A stretch of DNA of 32,000 nucleotides from an uncultured Acidobacteriota bacterium (GCA_963827655.1 CAWHCF010000022.1:170083-202082); one strand, 5' to 3'; numbered from the stretch's first letter, positions 18,621 through 26,828 are shown. Notes: generated by a model from the letters alone, not told the origin. Numbers and translations: made by a program.

Positions 18621-18659
18621 GATTCTTCGCGTTTCTTGGTGTCTTGGTGGCTGGTTTCG
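18621..18659. repeat. Dispersed intergenic repeat family 1 copy
   Basis: gattcttcgcgtttcttggtgtcttggtggctggtttcg aligns with the reverse complement of 24541-24579, the reverse complement of 26801-26828, and 31614-31650. Confidence 0.6.
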
Positions 18660-18681
18660 TTATGCGGAGTTTTCGAACTTC

Positions 18682-21102
18682 CTATTCGTAGCGCAAGGCG
18701 GTCATCGCATCGACGCGGGCGGCCCTGCGGGCCGGCAGGTAGCACGCAGTCAGAGCGACCAGCAGGAGAACCAAGCCCACCCAGACCATGGTGACTGGAT
18801 CGGTGGGGCTGGTTTCGAAAAGCAGACCCTGGACGAGGCGCGTCAGGGCCAGCGCCCCGATGACCCCGACGACCAGGCCGGCGGCGACGGGAACGGTCCC
18901 ACCGCCCACCACCAGCTTGATCAGGTCCCAGGAAGAAGCTCCCAACGCGGCGCGAACACCCAGTTCTTGCGTGCGTTGTGCAGTGACGTACGAAAGCACG
19001 CCGTAGATTCCCACGGCGGCCAGCAGGAGCGCCAGTGCCGCGAACACCCCCAGCAGCAGCGTGCGTAACCGCGTCCCGGCTACGGATTCGGCCTTGATCT
19101 GTTCCAGCGCCCTGGCGTCGGGCAGAGCCTGGTTCTTGTTGATACGCCAGATCGACTGTTGAATCGACTTGATGAGCATCGAAGGATCGCCCGCGCCCTT
19201 GGCTAGAAGGCTGACGCCGACTATCGGGCTCTGCGCGTAACTGACGTACACGCCGGCGTCCGTGCTGTCCAGGCCGCTTACCTTCTCGTCTCCGACAATC
19301 CCGACCACCTCCCATGGCACCTCGGGGCCGAGCTCGCGCTTGCCGGTGATGATCTGCTCGATGACAACCTGCTTGCCGATCGGGTCTTCATCGGGAAAAT
19401 GCCGCCGGACGAAAGTTTCGTTGATAACGATCACGGGCAACGATCCTTTGACGTCGCGGTCGGCGAGTCCGCGCCCTCTCCGGATCGGCATCCCCAGCGC
19501 GAAGAAATAGCCGGGCGTGACGATCTTGAAGAAGCAGGCTGGACGCTTGGACTGCTCGTAGGCCCTTCCCGCAATGCGAAAAGGCATGCCAAAGCTCCAG
19601 CCTTGCAAGGGGAGGGCGGAGGTAAAAGCCGCTTCCTTTACGCCTGGAACGGCCCGAACCGTTTCCAAAGCCTGATTCAAGTAGGTCGTCAACCGCGCGC
19701 CGTCCGTATCTTTGTCCATCATGAGCTGGAAATACATGGTGACGACATTGGTCGAATCGAAGCCCGCGTCAACGTTGGTCAATCGCTGAAAGCTGCGGAT
19801 CAGCAGTCCCGCACCCGACAGCAAAATGAAGGCCAGGGCGACCTCCGACATGATGAGCGCATTGCGCGACCAGCGCTTCCCGCGGCCTACGAATCCACGG
19901 CCGCCTTCCTTCAGGGCCTCGGCCGCATCGCGACGCGACATCTGCAGAGCCGGAGCCAATCCAAACAGCAACCCTGTGACCAGCGCCAGCGCCGCCAGGA
20001 AAAGCATGACGCGAAGATCTATTCCGACCTTTGCGTAGGTAGGTAGAAAGAAGGGCGGCAAAAGTCTGTGGATACCGTGAAAGAGCCCGTAGCCCAGCGC
20101 CAGGCCCACGGCGGCGCCGAACGCCGACATCAGCAGGCTTTCGGTCAAGAGCAGTCGGACGAGCCGCCGGCGTCCGGCGCCGAGCGCTGCGCGGATGGCC
20201 ATTTCGCGCGACCGCATCGTCCCGCGCGCCAGCAGGAGGTTGGCCAGGTTGGCGCAGCCAATCAACAGCACCGCTCCTACCGCCGCCATCAGCACGATGA
20301 GCGAAAGCCGCAACTGTGGTCCGACCATGCGGTCGATCCATCGGTCGATCGTAACTCCCCAATCCTTCTTCATGGCGGGGTACTGTTCGGCGATGCGCGC
20401 GGCAATCGCGCTCATCTCTGCCCGCGCCTGTTCCAGGCTCGTTTCCGGCTTCAGGCGCGCGACGGCGGTCAGGTAGTGGAAATTTCTGGTTGCGGTTTCC
20501 GGTTTGAAGGCAAGCGGAAGCCAGATGTCGGACCATCCACGGTCGAACTCGTTGTCGCCCGGCAGCACACCGATGATGGTGTAACTCTCGCCGTCCAGAG
20601 TCAGATCGCGTCCCAGGATGCCGGTGTCGCTGCCAAAGCTCGATTGCCAGATCCGGTGGCTCAGCACTGCCACGCGATCTTTGCCCGGCAGATCCTCGCC
20701 ATTTGCGAAGGCCCGGCCCAGCGAAGGTCGAACGCCAAAGATGTCGAAGTACGGAGCGCTGACCAGCCCGACCCGGAGCTGGCGCGGCTCCCCGCTGCCC
20801 GACAACGTAACAGTCTTCCCGCTCGAGGCCGCGATCATCTGGAAGACGGTGTTCTGCTTCTGCCAGTCGAGAAAGTTCGCGGCGGAGATCACGTTCCGCG
20901 TCCCACCGGGAGGTTTCTCCCAGAGCTGAACGATCCGCTCGGGCTCGGGATAGGACACCGGCCTCAGCAGCACGCCGTCAAGGAAGCTGAAAATCGCCGT
21001 GTTGGCGCCCAGGCCGAGAGCGATGGTCAACACCGCGACCAGAGTGAAGCCGAGATTTTTGCGGTAACTGCGCAAGGCGAAACGAACGTCGTCCCACAGC
21101 AT
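18682..21102 (-). CDS. ADOP-family duplicated permease (MacB/FtsX-like), second paralogue
   Basis: 806 aa, starting MLWDDVRFALRSYRKNLGFTLVAVLTIALGLGANTAIFS. The internal second half lies around LLIGCANLANLLLARG, and the C-terminus is TDPVTMVWVGLVLLLVALTACYLPARRAARVDAMTALRYE. The architecture matches 7144..9684. Confidence 0.85.
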   Translation of the reverse strand: MLWDDVRFALRSYRKNLGFTLVAVLTIALGLGANTAIFSFLDGVLLRPVSYPEPERIVQLWEKPPGGTRNVISAANFLDWQKQNTVFQMIAASSGKTVTLSGSGEPRQLRVGLVSAPYFDIFGVRPSLGRAFANGEDLPGKDRVAVLSHRIWQSSFGSDTGILGRDLTLDGESYTIIGVLPGDNEFDRGWSDIWLPLAFKPETATRNFHYLTAVARLKPETSLEQARAEMSAIAARIAEQYPAMKKDWGVTIDRWIDRMVGPQLRLSLIVLMAAVGAVLLIGCANLANLLLARGTMRSREMAIRAALGAGRRRLVRLLLTESLLMSAFGAAVGLALGYGLFHGIHRLLPPFFLPTYAKVGIDLRVMLFLAALALVTGLLFGLAPALQMSRRDAAEALKEGGRGFVGRGKRWSRNALIMSEVALAFILLSGAGLLIRSFQRLTNVDAGFDSTNVVTMYFQLMMDKDTDGARLTTYLNQALETVRAVPGVKEAAFTSALPLQGWSFGMPFRIAGRAYEQSKRPACFFKIVTPGYFFALGMPIRRGRGLADRDVKGSLPVIVINETFVRRHFPDEDPIGKQVVIEQIITGKRELGPEVPWEVVGIVGDEKVSGLDSTDAGVYVSYAQSPIVGVSLLAKGAGDPSMLIKSIQQSIWRINKNQALPDARALEQIKAESVAGTRLRTLLLGVFAALALLLAAVGIYGVLSYVTAQRTQELGVRAALGASSWDLIKLVVGGGTVPVAAGLVVGVIGALALTRLVQGLLFETSPTDPVTMVWVGLVLLLVALTACYLPARRAARVDAMTALRYE

Positions 21103-21153
21103 GCCCTATTAGACTCGGGCTCGGAGGAAAAGGTTACCCGTGAATTGTCGAAG

Positions 21154-21182
21154 CCACTAAGAAAACGCGAAGACTCGGAGAG
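21154..21182. repeat. Degenerate family 1 repeat copy
   Basis: ccactaagaaaacgcgaagactcggagag resembles accactaagcctccaagacacgaagaaacaccaagaat (24541-24578). Confidence 0.35.
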
Positions 21183-21275
21183 AACAGTTAGTGCTGCTGT
21201 TCGTAATTGCGGTGACGTATTTTGGCAGTGGGGCCTGAAGAGCCGACTGAGAGTAGGCCCGGCCGTCTTGAAAAT

Positions 21276-21378
21276 CCCGCCCCTGAGAAGCTGTGAAAAA
21301 ATTCAGCGAACGGCTCTCGATTGACCGGCAGCCGTCTGGCTTTTGTGGCGCGGGTCATTAGAGACCGTTGCAAAACTC
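21276..21378 (+). repeat. Dispersed element family 2, copy 1 (carries a 41-nt internal insertion). It forms the 3'-exon-side arm flanking the group II intron.
   Basis: cccgcccctgagaagctgtgaaaaaatt (21276-21303) plus gtggcgcgggtcattagagaccgttgcaaaactc (21345-21378). The 35-nt stretch 21344-21378 is the reverse complement of 23501-23535 with 2 transitions. Confidence 0.6.
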
Positions 21379-21380
21379 AG

Positions 21381-23489
21381 ATGCGACCCGCAGAAGTGGC
21401 TACACACTTTCTGAGCAATCGACATAGGTAGGCGGTCACTCGCTGTGCCTGTTACACCACGTGCATACGGGTCCGTACACGGCGGTTCGGCTGGTAGGCC
21501 CGGTGAAGAGCTGCTAACCTCGGAAGCCCCAGAGAGTCAAAGTGGGCGTTCGGTAGTGCCCGCATCAGAGTGGAAGAGTTGCTCAGCTGCCAAGGCCCGT
21601 GGCTGCAATTAGCGAGCTTGTATGCGGAGACCGCATCTAGTCCCAGCTTCCGCAGTCCCTTGTATCGGCCTTTGCAGGTCTTCCACTGCTTCCACTGCAC
21701 ACACCTCAGCCTACGGCGAATCCACGAGTCCAGTTCTCGGAAAACCGTGGGTGTTTCGCAAAATCGAAAGTACGCCATCCACCCTCGCATGTAGCTTGCT
21801 AGGTCGGATATGCGCCTCGTCCTGCTGATCCCCCGGCTCCGCTGCGTCAGTTCCCGTATCCGATCCTCGAAGCGTTTGCGCGCCTTCGGCGCTATTCGCC
21901 GCCTCGGCGCCTTCTCGCCTGTGAAACTGAATCCCAGAAACTTTCGCTTCCACGGCGCCGCCACTGCGCTCTTCTCCCCGTTTACCTTCAGCTTCAGCTT
22001 CTTCGTGATGAATGCGCTTAGGCTCTCCATCACTCGCTGCCCTGCTCGTTCGGTCCGCACATAGATGTTGCAGTCGTCCGCGTACCTCACAAAGCGGTGC
22101 CCGCGTCGCTCCAGCTCCCGGTCCAGGTCGTCCAGCATCAAATTTGATAACAGTGGCGAAAGTGGGCCCCCTTGCGGCGTCCCCTCCTCCGTCGGAATCA
22201 CCACGCCGTCCTCCATTACTACTCCCGCCTTCAGAAATCCGCGCAGCAGTTTCAGCACTCGCTTGTCCTTCTCCCGTTTCGCTACTCGCCCCATCAACAT
22301 GTCCTGGTTGACTCGGTCGAAAAACTTTTCCAAATCAAGATCCACGACTATCCGATAGCCCGCCGCTATGTGTTCCTGCGCTCGTGCCACCGCCTGATGT
22401 TGCGATCGACCCGGTCGAAATCCATGGCTGTGCTCGGAGAATGTCGGGTCCCACCGCTGTTGCAGTACCTGCAGTACTGCCTGCTGATAAATCGATCCAG
22501 CACGCAGGGAATCGATAGATTCCTCACCCCTCCGTCCGGTTTCGGTATCTCCACCCGTTTCGCCGGCTTCGGTCTGTAGGTCCCTCCCAGCAGTTCTTCC
22601 CGATGTTTCGGCCAGTTCTTCCTCAGGTACTTGGGTAGTTCCTTGACGGTCATCCCGTCTATCCCAGGTGCCCTTTGTTCCGCTGTACTCGTTTCAACGC
22701 CTTCCTCAGGTTCTCTGGTTCACATATCTCCTCCATCAACCGCTCGACTGTTCCTTCGCTTTCCGGTTCCTGGTCCGCCACGCGCAGTTCGGCCCTTCCG
22801 TCGTCCTCGGAGCTTCACTCCTCGGTTCTTCCGTAAAGGCCAGCTCTAGCTGGTTCTTCTGCCGCTTCCTACTCGTGAGTCCCATCCCGTACTTGCGTCC
22901 CCATTTACCCTCCTGTCCAGAAGGGCACCGTTCAGGCCTTCACCAAAACGTTCCCGGACCGGCGACCCCTTCTCGTTTCTCCCCTTTCGGGTGAGTATCC
23001 CGGTCGAGTGGTCCGACTGCTCCTGGCTACTATGCCCTCTGCTGACTCCTGCATTGAGCTCAGGGGCTCTCTCGATTCCCTCAGTCCTCTTCCGGACACA
23101 ATGCAGATCTCCCGAGGTAAGTATGACCGCCTTCCGCACACAACCGCCGGATCTACGCTGAGTGAACTTGATGGATATGGACTTCGCGGTCAAGGGGCCG
23201 CTCGTCCGTCGCCTCGCGCCTCTTATCCGGTTTTTGTTCATCGGCTCGTGCGTTTGCTCGACGCTTCCTTCAGACCCCACCTCACGGTGGGCGCCCTTGC
23301 GCTTTGCTACCCTTCACCTCCATCAGGTTGGGGAAAGACTTTCACTTCCAAGCTGTCATACAATGCTCGGCGCACCCCCTGTGGCGACGGGCCATTGGCC
23401 CGTCGCAATTAACGTGATCGCTATGCCTTAAGCTTAGAAGTTCAGTAGTGCCCCTCGGGAACCGGACGGGCTTGATAGCCCGTCCGCAC
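21381..23489 (-). mobile_element. Group II intron (about 2.1 kb) with a decayed intron-encoded protein. The boundaries are tentative.
   Basis: The minus strand begins GTGCG at 23489-23485 (an alternative GTGCG lies at 23375-23371). About 600 nt of structured, non-coding, purine-rich RNA-like sequence follows (GGAAGTGAAAGTC, GGTCTGAAGGAAGC), then an RT/maturase ORF. The proposed 3' end, ...GGGTCGCAT at 21381, leaves only 71 nt after the ORF stop. I found only a non-canonical domain V-like helix, AGCGAGTGAC / GTCGATTGCT (21444-21414), with no GNRA loop, followed by a hairpin CAGAAAGTG..CACTTCTG (21413-21391). Confidence 0.75.
21452..22885 (-). pseudogene. Group II intron reverse transcriptase/maturase (no endonuclease domain), interrupted by three -1 frameshifts
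   Basis: Four consecutive frames read as one protein. (A) MGLTSRKRQKNQLELAFTEEPRSEAPRTTEG. (B) AELRVADQEPESEGTVERLMEEICEPENLRKALKRVQRNKG. (C) (A)PGIDGMTVKELPKYLRKNWPKHREELLGGTYRPKPAKRVEIPKPDGGVRNLSIPCVLDRFI. (D) QQAVLQVLQQRWDPTFSEHSHGFRPGRSQHQAVARAQEHIAAGYRIVVDLDLEKFF...YADD...GWMAYF... The first-base position modulo 3 steps 1, 2, 0, 1, so each junction lacks one base. The junctions lie between about 22740 and 22815 for the first, at about 22671 for the second and at about 22487 for the third. Confidence 0.8.
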
Positions 23490-23500
23490 ATGAACCGGGC

Positions 23501-23565
23501 GAGTTTTGCGACGGTCTCTGATGACCCGCGCCACAGACCAATTTTTTCATAGTTTCTGACGGGCC
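23501..23565 (-). repeat. Dispersed element family 2, copy 2 (5'-exon-side arm flanking the intron)
   Basis: The reverse complement reads ggcccgtcagaaactatgaaaaaattggtctgtggcgcgggtcatcagagaccgtcgcaaaactc. It matches copy 1 (21276-21378) and copy 3 (30826-30870). Confidence 0.6.
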
Positions 23566-23641
23566 TTCGGCCCTAGGCGACAACACAGCTGACTCCTACC
23601 GCTCCTGCCCAATAAGTCAGCGTATTTATGAGCCAACCAAC

Positions 23642-24472
23642 TTAGTGACCGAGGTGCGTGTGAAGCCAGTCTACCATCTTCTGTTTATAAGCCTGGAATT
23701 CAGGGGTCCGCTCCCAGCTGCCGACTCCATGAGCGCCCCCTTCAACCGTGAAGATCTCGCAGCGCGCGCCGGCTTGCTTCATCTTTTCGCACATCAGTAC
23801 CGATTGGTCGTATGGAACCAGATCATCCTTCGTTCCGTGGATCAGAAGGTATGGAGGCATGTCTTTGAAAACGTGGGTAATCGGCGAGGCCTTCCGCAGC
23901 AGCTCAAAAGACTCATCATTGAGTTCCGACAAGCCGAGGAATGCCTTGATCGAGTCCGAAAGAATCCGCTGTGAGCGCGCGCGTGATGCCAGATCGTGGG
24001 GACCGTAAAAAGAAACGACGGCAGCAACGCGCGCATTCGGTTTTTTCCGTGTGCCTGCAAACGACACCAGGTGGCCGCCCGCCGACTCGCCGACAAGCGC
24101 TATGCGATTGGGGTCCGCCTTGTATTGTCTCGCGTGGGTCTTGACATACTCAACCGCACTCTCGACATCTTCCACCGCGGCCGGGAAGCGGTATGCCGGC
24201 GCCAGCCGGTAGTTGATCGTGAACCAGGCGAACCCGCCTCGGGTCAGCGGTTCAAACAGCGGCTTCACGAAAGTCTGTTTATCGCCACGGGTGAAGCCCC
24301 CGCCGTGAACCACGATCACGGTCGGAAAAGGCCCCGCGCCGTCCGGCACATAGGCGTCAAGCGTGAGCCGGACATCACCCTTGCTGGCGAATTCAATATC
24401 GGTGCGGAGTTCAGCAAAAGCCGGCACTGAAAGGAGCAAAATGGAAACAAGGATCTTCATGGCACTCTCCAT
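23642..24472 (-). CDS. Secreted alpha/beta-hydrolase (esterase/lipase, HGGG-type)
   Basis: Motifs: VVHGGGF oxyanion motif, GESAGGH nucleophile elbow, and the C-terminal GGAHG histidine region. The signal peptide is MKILVSILLLSVPAFA. The second ATG at 24460, with GGAGAG upstream, is the more likely start. Confidence 0.8.
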   Translation of the reverse strand: MESAMKILVSILLLSVPAFAELRTDIEFASKGDVRLTLDAYVPDGAGPFPTVIVVHGGGFTRGDKQTFVKPLFEPLTRGGFAWFTINYRLAPAYRFPAAVEDVESAVEYVKTHARQYKADPNRIALVGESAGGHLVSFAGTRKKPNARVAAVVSFYGPHDLASRARSQRILSDSIKAFLGLSELNDESFELLRKASPITHVFKDMPPYLLIHGTKDDLVPYDQSVLMCEKMKQAGARCEIFTVEGGAHGVGSWERTPEFQAYKQKMVDWLHTHLGH

Positions 24473-24487
24473 CTCATCCTAAGTGCT

Positions 24488-24579
24488 ATTAGTGTTTCTT
24501 CGTGTCCTCGTGTCTTTGTGGTTAGAGCTGCCTAACAAATACCACTAAGCCTCCAAGACACGAAGAAACACCAAGAATC
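24488..24579. repeat. Family 1 repeat, inverted pair forming a hairpin between vapC and the esterase gene
   Basis: The copies are 24488-24528 (attagtgtttcttcgtgtcctcgtgtctttgtggttagagc) and 24541-24579 (accactaagcctccaagacacgaagaaacaccaagaatc). The exact 15-bp inverted core is GTGTTTCTTCGTGTC (24492-24506) / GACACGAAGAAACAC (24558-24572). Confidence 0.65.
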
Positions 24580-24614
24580 TTTGCTCAAGAAGAAGACAGC
24601 CCGACGAGTGACAC

Positions 24615-25031
24615 TTAGTCTTCAATCCACAAGAGATGACCCGCCAGAGTACTGCGCTTGAGGGAATTAAAGAATCTCCGATCAGCAGTCACCATAGGGC
24701 AACGCCGTGAGACCGCCAAGGCAAGATAGAGACTGTCATACAGACTGCGGCGGTGTTCAACGGAAATATCCAAGGCAATCTCGAGCATCGGCCCGGAGGG
24801 ATAGAGCTTCACGGGTGAGACAATGAGATTTCGGATAATCTCTTTAGCCGAGGTCGGTGGAATTTCTGCGCGCATCACTTTCTTCCACAATGCGTTTCCG
24901 GCTTCCGTGAGAATCAGGTCTGGAGCGATCAGTTCGTCATTTCCGTTCAAAAACCGAATGGCCGCTTCGCTGTAGATCTCCGGCACAAACCATTTGACGA
25001 CAATACTGGCATCGACAACGTAACATGTCAT
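24615..25031 (-). CDS. vapC: PIN-domain toxin (VapC family)
   Basis: 138 aa starting MTCYVVDASIVVKWF. Conserved acidic positions are spaced as in a PIN domain (D7, E43-like, D-rich C-terminal TADRRF). There is a 4-nt ATGA overlap with the upstream antitoxin gene. Confidence 0.85.
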   Translation of the reverse strand: MTCYVVDASIVVKWFVPEIYSEAAIRFLNGNDELIAPDLILTEAGNALWKKVMRAEIPPTSAKEIIRNLIVSPVKLYPSGPMLEIALDISVEHRRSLYDSLYLALAVSRRCPMVTADRRFFNSLKRSTLAGHLLWIED

Positions 25032-25261
25032 CGCGCCCGATCTTCACGAATTAGAGCGGCGCTATCGCTGTGCCTCCGGCGCGCCAGTTTTCTTTGCACT
25101 TTCAGCGCCAGCTTGCGAAATTCCTCGACACTCGGCGTTTGGACATTTCGTTCCAGGATTGTTTTTACTTCAGCCTGCAGAGATCGTCCATTCTGCTCGG
25201 CGCGCTCTTTCAGGCGTTCAACTAGTTTGCGATCCAGGTCTCTGACTAATATCTCAGGCAT
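25028..25261 (-). CDS. vapB: Ribbon-helix-helix antitoxin (FitA/VapB-like)
   Basis: 77 aa. MPEILVRDLDRKLVERLKERAEQNGRSLQAEVKTILE is a typical Arc/MetJ-type RHH N-terminus. The gene is paired with a PIN toxin. Confidence 0.8.
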   Translation of the reverse strand: MPEILVRDLDRKLVERLKERAEQNGRSLQAEVKTILERNVQTPSVEEFRKLALKVQRKLARRRHSDSAALIREDRAR

Positions 25262-25280
25262 TAGCGCACTCCGGTAATTC

Positions 25281-25299
25281 TGATAGCATTATGATAGCA
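25281..25299. promoter_or_regulatory. Direct repeat TGATAGCA-N3-TGATAGCA, candidate VapB operator
   Basis: tgatagcattatgatagca lies 20-38 nt upstream of the vapB ATG (25261). RHH antitoxins commonly autoregulate through short repeats in this position. Confidence 0.35.
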
Positions 25300-25305
25300 C
25301 GCATG

Positions 25306-26790
25306 TCAATTACCCAGCCAGGCCAGGATCCTGGGCCACTGCTGGTACAGGGCAATGCCGGAGATGCCGCCGTAAAAAATCGAGCACAACACCAGGCCGG
25401 CAAGCATCACGCGGGGGGGCCGCAATTCGCGCGGGAGAAGCGTCAGACTCACATACAGGACGTGCAACGCCGAAAATGACAGGGCAAAATTCACCAGGAC
25501 CGCGGAGGCGATCGCGAGCACGAGCGGGTTGGGAGTCAACTTCAGCAAGACCATACCCCAGAGGCCGTAGACGGCCAGCAGCAAGTAGTAAACGTATTTC
25601 ACCTTGTTTCCCGGGAGATGCCGCAGCCCCTGAATCCCGGTCCAGAACACATCGGTCCAGCGCCGGCTGATGCTGTCTAACACGGAAATCTGGCTAGGGA
25701 AGAAAATAACAAAGCCGCAGAGCAGCGTCAGGAACCAGAAAGCGCTTCCATGGCGGACAGACACAGCCTCGGCAGTCATGGCCGCGACGGCATTCCCTTC
25801 CACGTCCTGAACCCCGCGGATGAACTCGTAGGAGAGCATTGCTGGAAGCGCCATGCCAACGACACAAGCCGGAGCCCAGAGAAGAAGCTGATCGCGAAGG
25901 ATATGCCGCAACCAGCCTCTCCATTTGATCATATTTTCGCGGGTGATCTCGAAAACCTTGCCTGAGTGCGAAAGCCTGACCGACTTCCCGCCAAGCGCGC
26001 TCGGAATCGCGCCCACCAGGGATCCCATGCCCCAGCCCTTGTCGCGCGCGTAGTTCGAAAATGACGTGTTATGCAAGCCCCCGGCGCCCGCGGTGGCGGC
26101 AAAGGCTGCCAGCGTGGCCCAGCTGAAATCGCCGGGCGGCAGCGCCCCGAATCGATACAGGCCCGAAAGAATCTCCCACTTGGTATCCCAGCTCACCAGG
26201 AACACGGAAACAAAGCCGAGGTAGGTCAAGACCAGCACCAGCTTGGCGCCCATTACCCGTTCAAGGGAGTTGTAGATCTTGCCCCCGAAGATAAGCGGCA
26301 CGAACGCCGCCAGGAAGATCGCATAGCTCAGGTCACGAACCAGAGCGCCATCCTGAGCCGTGGGGAGCCGCCGCAGAATGACGGCCGCCAGGGGGACTGC
26401 CGCATTTGCGGCCAGGAAAGGGAAATAGGTTCCCAGATCGAGGATGAGATAGAAAATGGCCCAGGCTCGCGGCCTGGATGATGTGCGAAAAAATCCCACA
26501 AAAATCGACTCGCCGCTGTACAGCGCATAGCGCATGACCGAGAGGTTGTAGGTCACCTGCAGCAGGATCGCGACCGTTGCCAGCCAGAGAACCTGGCCGC
26601 CATACTGGGCCGTAACCAGCGGACCCAGCAACCACTCCCCGCCGCCGATGTTTGATCCCGCCATGAGCAATCCCGGCCCCAGGAGCAGCCTCCAGTCGGC
26701 CGCATGAAAAACAGGGGCAGCAGGTAGTTCTGACTGCTCCCAGCGCGGAAGGCCGGGAGCGCGCGGGGGCGCATCCACAATGCTGATCAT
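25306..26790 (-). CDS. Nramp-like (divalent metal transporter family) polytopic membrane protein
   Basis: The ORF-track start at 26796 is a TTG. The ATG at 26790 gives MISIVDAPP... The block LLGPGLLMAGSNIGGGEWLLGPLVTAQYGGQVLW matches the Nramp GPG...G.G signature region. About 11-12 hydrophobic segments are present. Confidence 0.65.
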   Translation of the reverse strand: MISIVDAPPRAPGLPRWEQSELPAAPVFHAADWRLLLGPGLLMAGSNIGGGEWLLGPLVTAQYGGQVLWLATVAILLQVTYNLSVMRYALYSGESIFVGFFRTSSRPRAWAIFYLILDLGTYFPFLAANAAVPLAAVILRRLPTAQDGALVRDLSYAIFLAAFVPLIFGGKIYNSLERVMGAKLVLVLTYLGFVSVFLVSWDTKWEILSGLYRFGALPPGDFSWATLAAFAATAGAGGLHNTSFSNYARDKGWGMGSLVGAIPSALGGKSVRLSHSGKVFEITRENMIKWRGWLRHILRDQLLLWAPACVVGMALPAMLSYEFIRGVQDVEGNAVAAMTAEAVSVRHGSAFWFLTLLCGFVIFFPSQISVLDSISRRWTDVFWTGIQGLRHLPGNKVKYVYYLLLAVYGLWGMVLLKLTPNPLVLAIASAVLVNFALSFSALHVLYVSLTLLPRELRPPRVMLAGLVLCSIFYGGISGIALYQQWPRILAWLGN

Positions 26791-26800
26791 GATCAAACAC

Positions 26801-26828
26801 CAAGACGCGAAGAAACGCCGAGAATTTT
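26801..26828. repeat. Dispersed intergenic repeat family 1 copy
   Basis: caccaagacgcgaagaaacgccgagaat lies between the Nramp-like start and the hydrolase stop. It aligns with 24551-24578 and with the reverse complement of 18621-18650. Confidence 0.55.

Noticed and set aside
20068-21324. 418-aa + strand ORF, plus similar long antisense or off-frame ORFs: 4556-5482, 8186-8920, 8872-9756, 11239-12033, 12549-13472, 17761-18552, 19399-20046 and 27842-28738 on the + strand, and 18587-19315 and 19769-20536 on the minus strand
   Set aside because: All lie fully inside well-supported minus-strand genes. They have Arg/Gly/Pro/Ala-biased, low-complexity products typical of off-frame reading in high-GC DNA. 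None shows a domain signature or an RBS.
21381-21451. Canonical group II domain V (34-nt helix with an AGC triad, 2-nt bulge and GNRA loop) and domain VI with a 3'-strand bulged A
   Set aside because: I could not find them. Only a non-canonical AGC...GCU helix with an 11-nt loop, and a hairpin with a 5'-strand bulged A, are present. The 3' boundary is therefore reported as tentative and the intron may be degenerate at its 3' end.
21452-22653. Treating 22366-22653 (95 aa) and 21452-22390 (312 aa) as two separate genes, or the RT as a retron or DGR reverse transcriptase
   Set aside because: The fragments join into one group II intron RT/maturase when single bases are restored. A C-terminal maturase X-like region (GWMAYF, RLRCVQWKQWK), a GTGCG 5' end and about 600 nt of upstream structured RNA fit a group II intron. 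I saw no retron msr/msd-like inverted repeats and no DGR template/variable repeat pair.
22846-23280. 144-aa minus-strand ORF, plus + strand ORFs 23008-23412 and 23162-23431
   Set aside because: They fall in the structured 5' RNA part (domains I-III) of the group II intron. The purine-rich sequence has no coding signature, so they are spurious.
23561-23573. GGGCC-ttc-GGCCC hairpin downstream of the esterase gene as a rho-independent terminator
   Set aside because: On the transcribed (minus) strand the stem is followed by GUCAGAAACUAUG, not a U-tract. It also lies inside repeat family 2 copy 2, so it is more likely part of that element.
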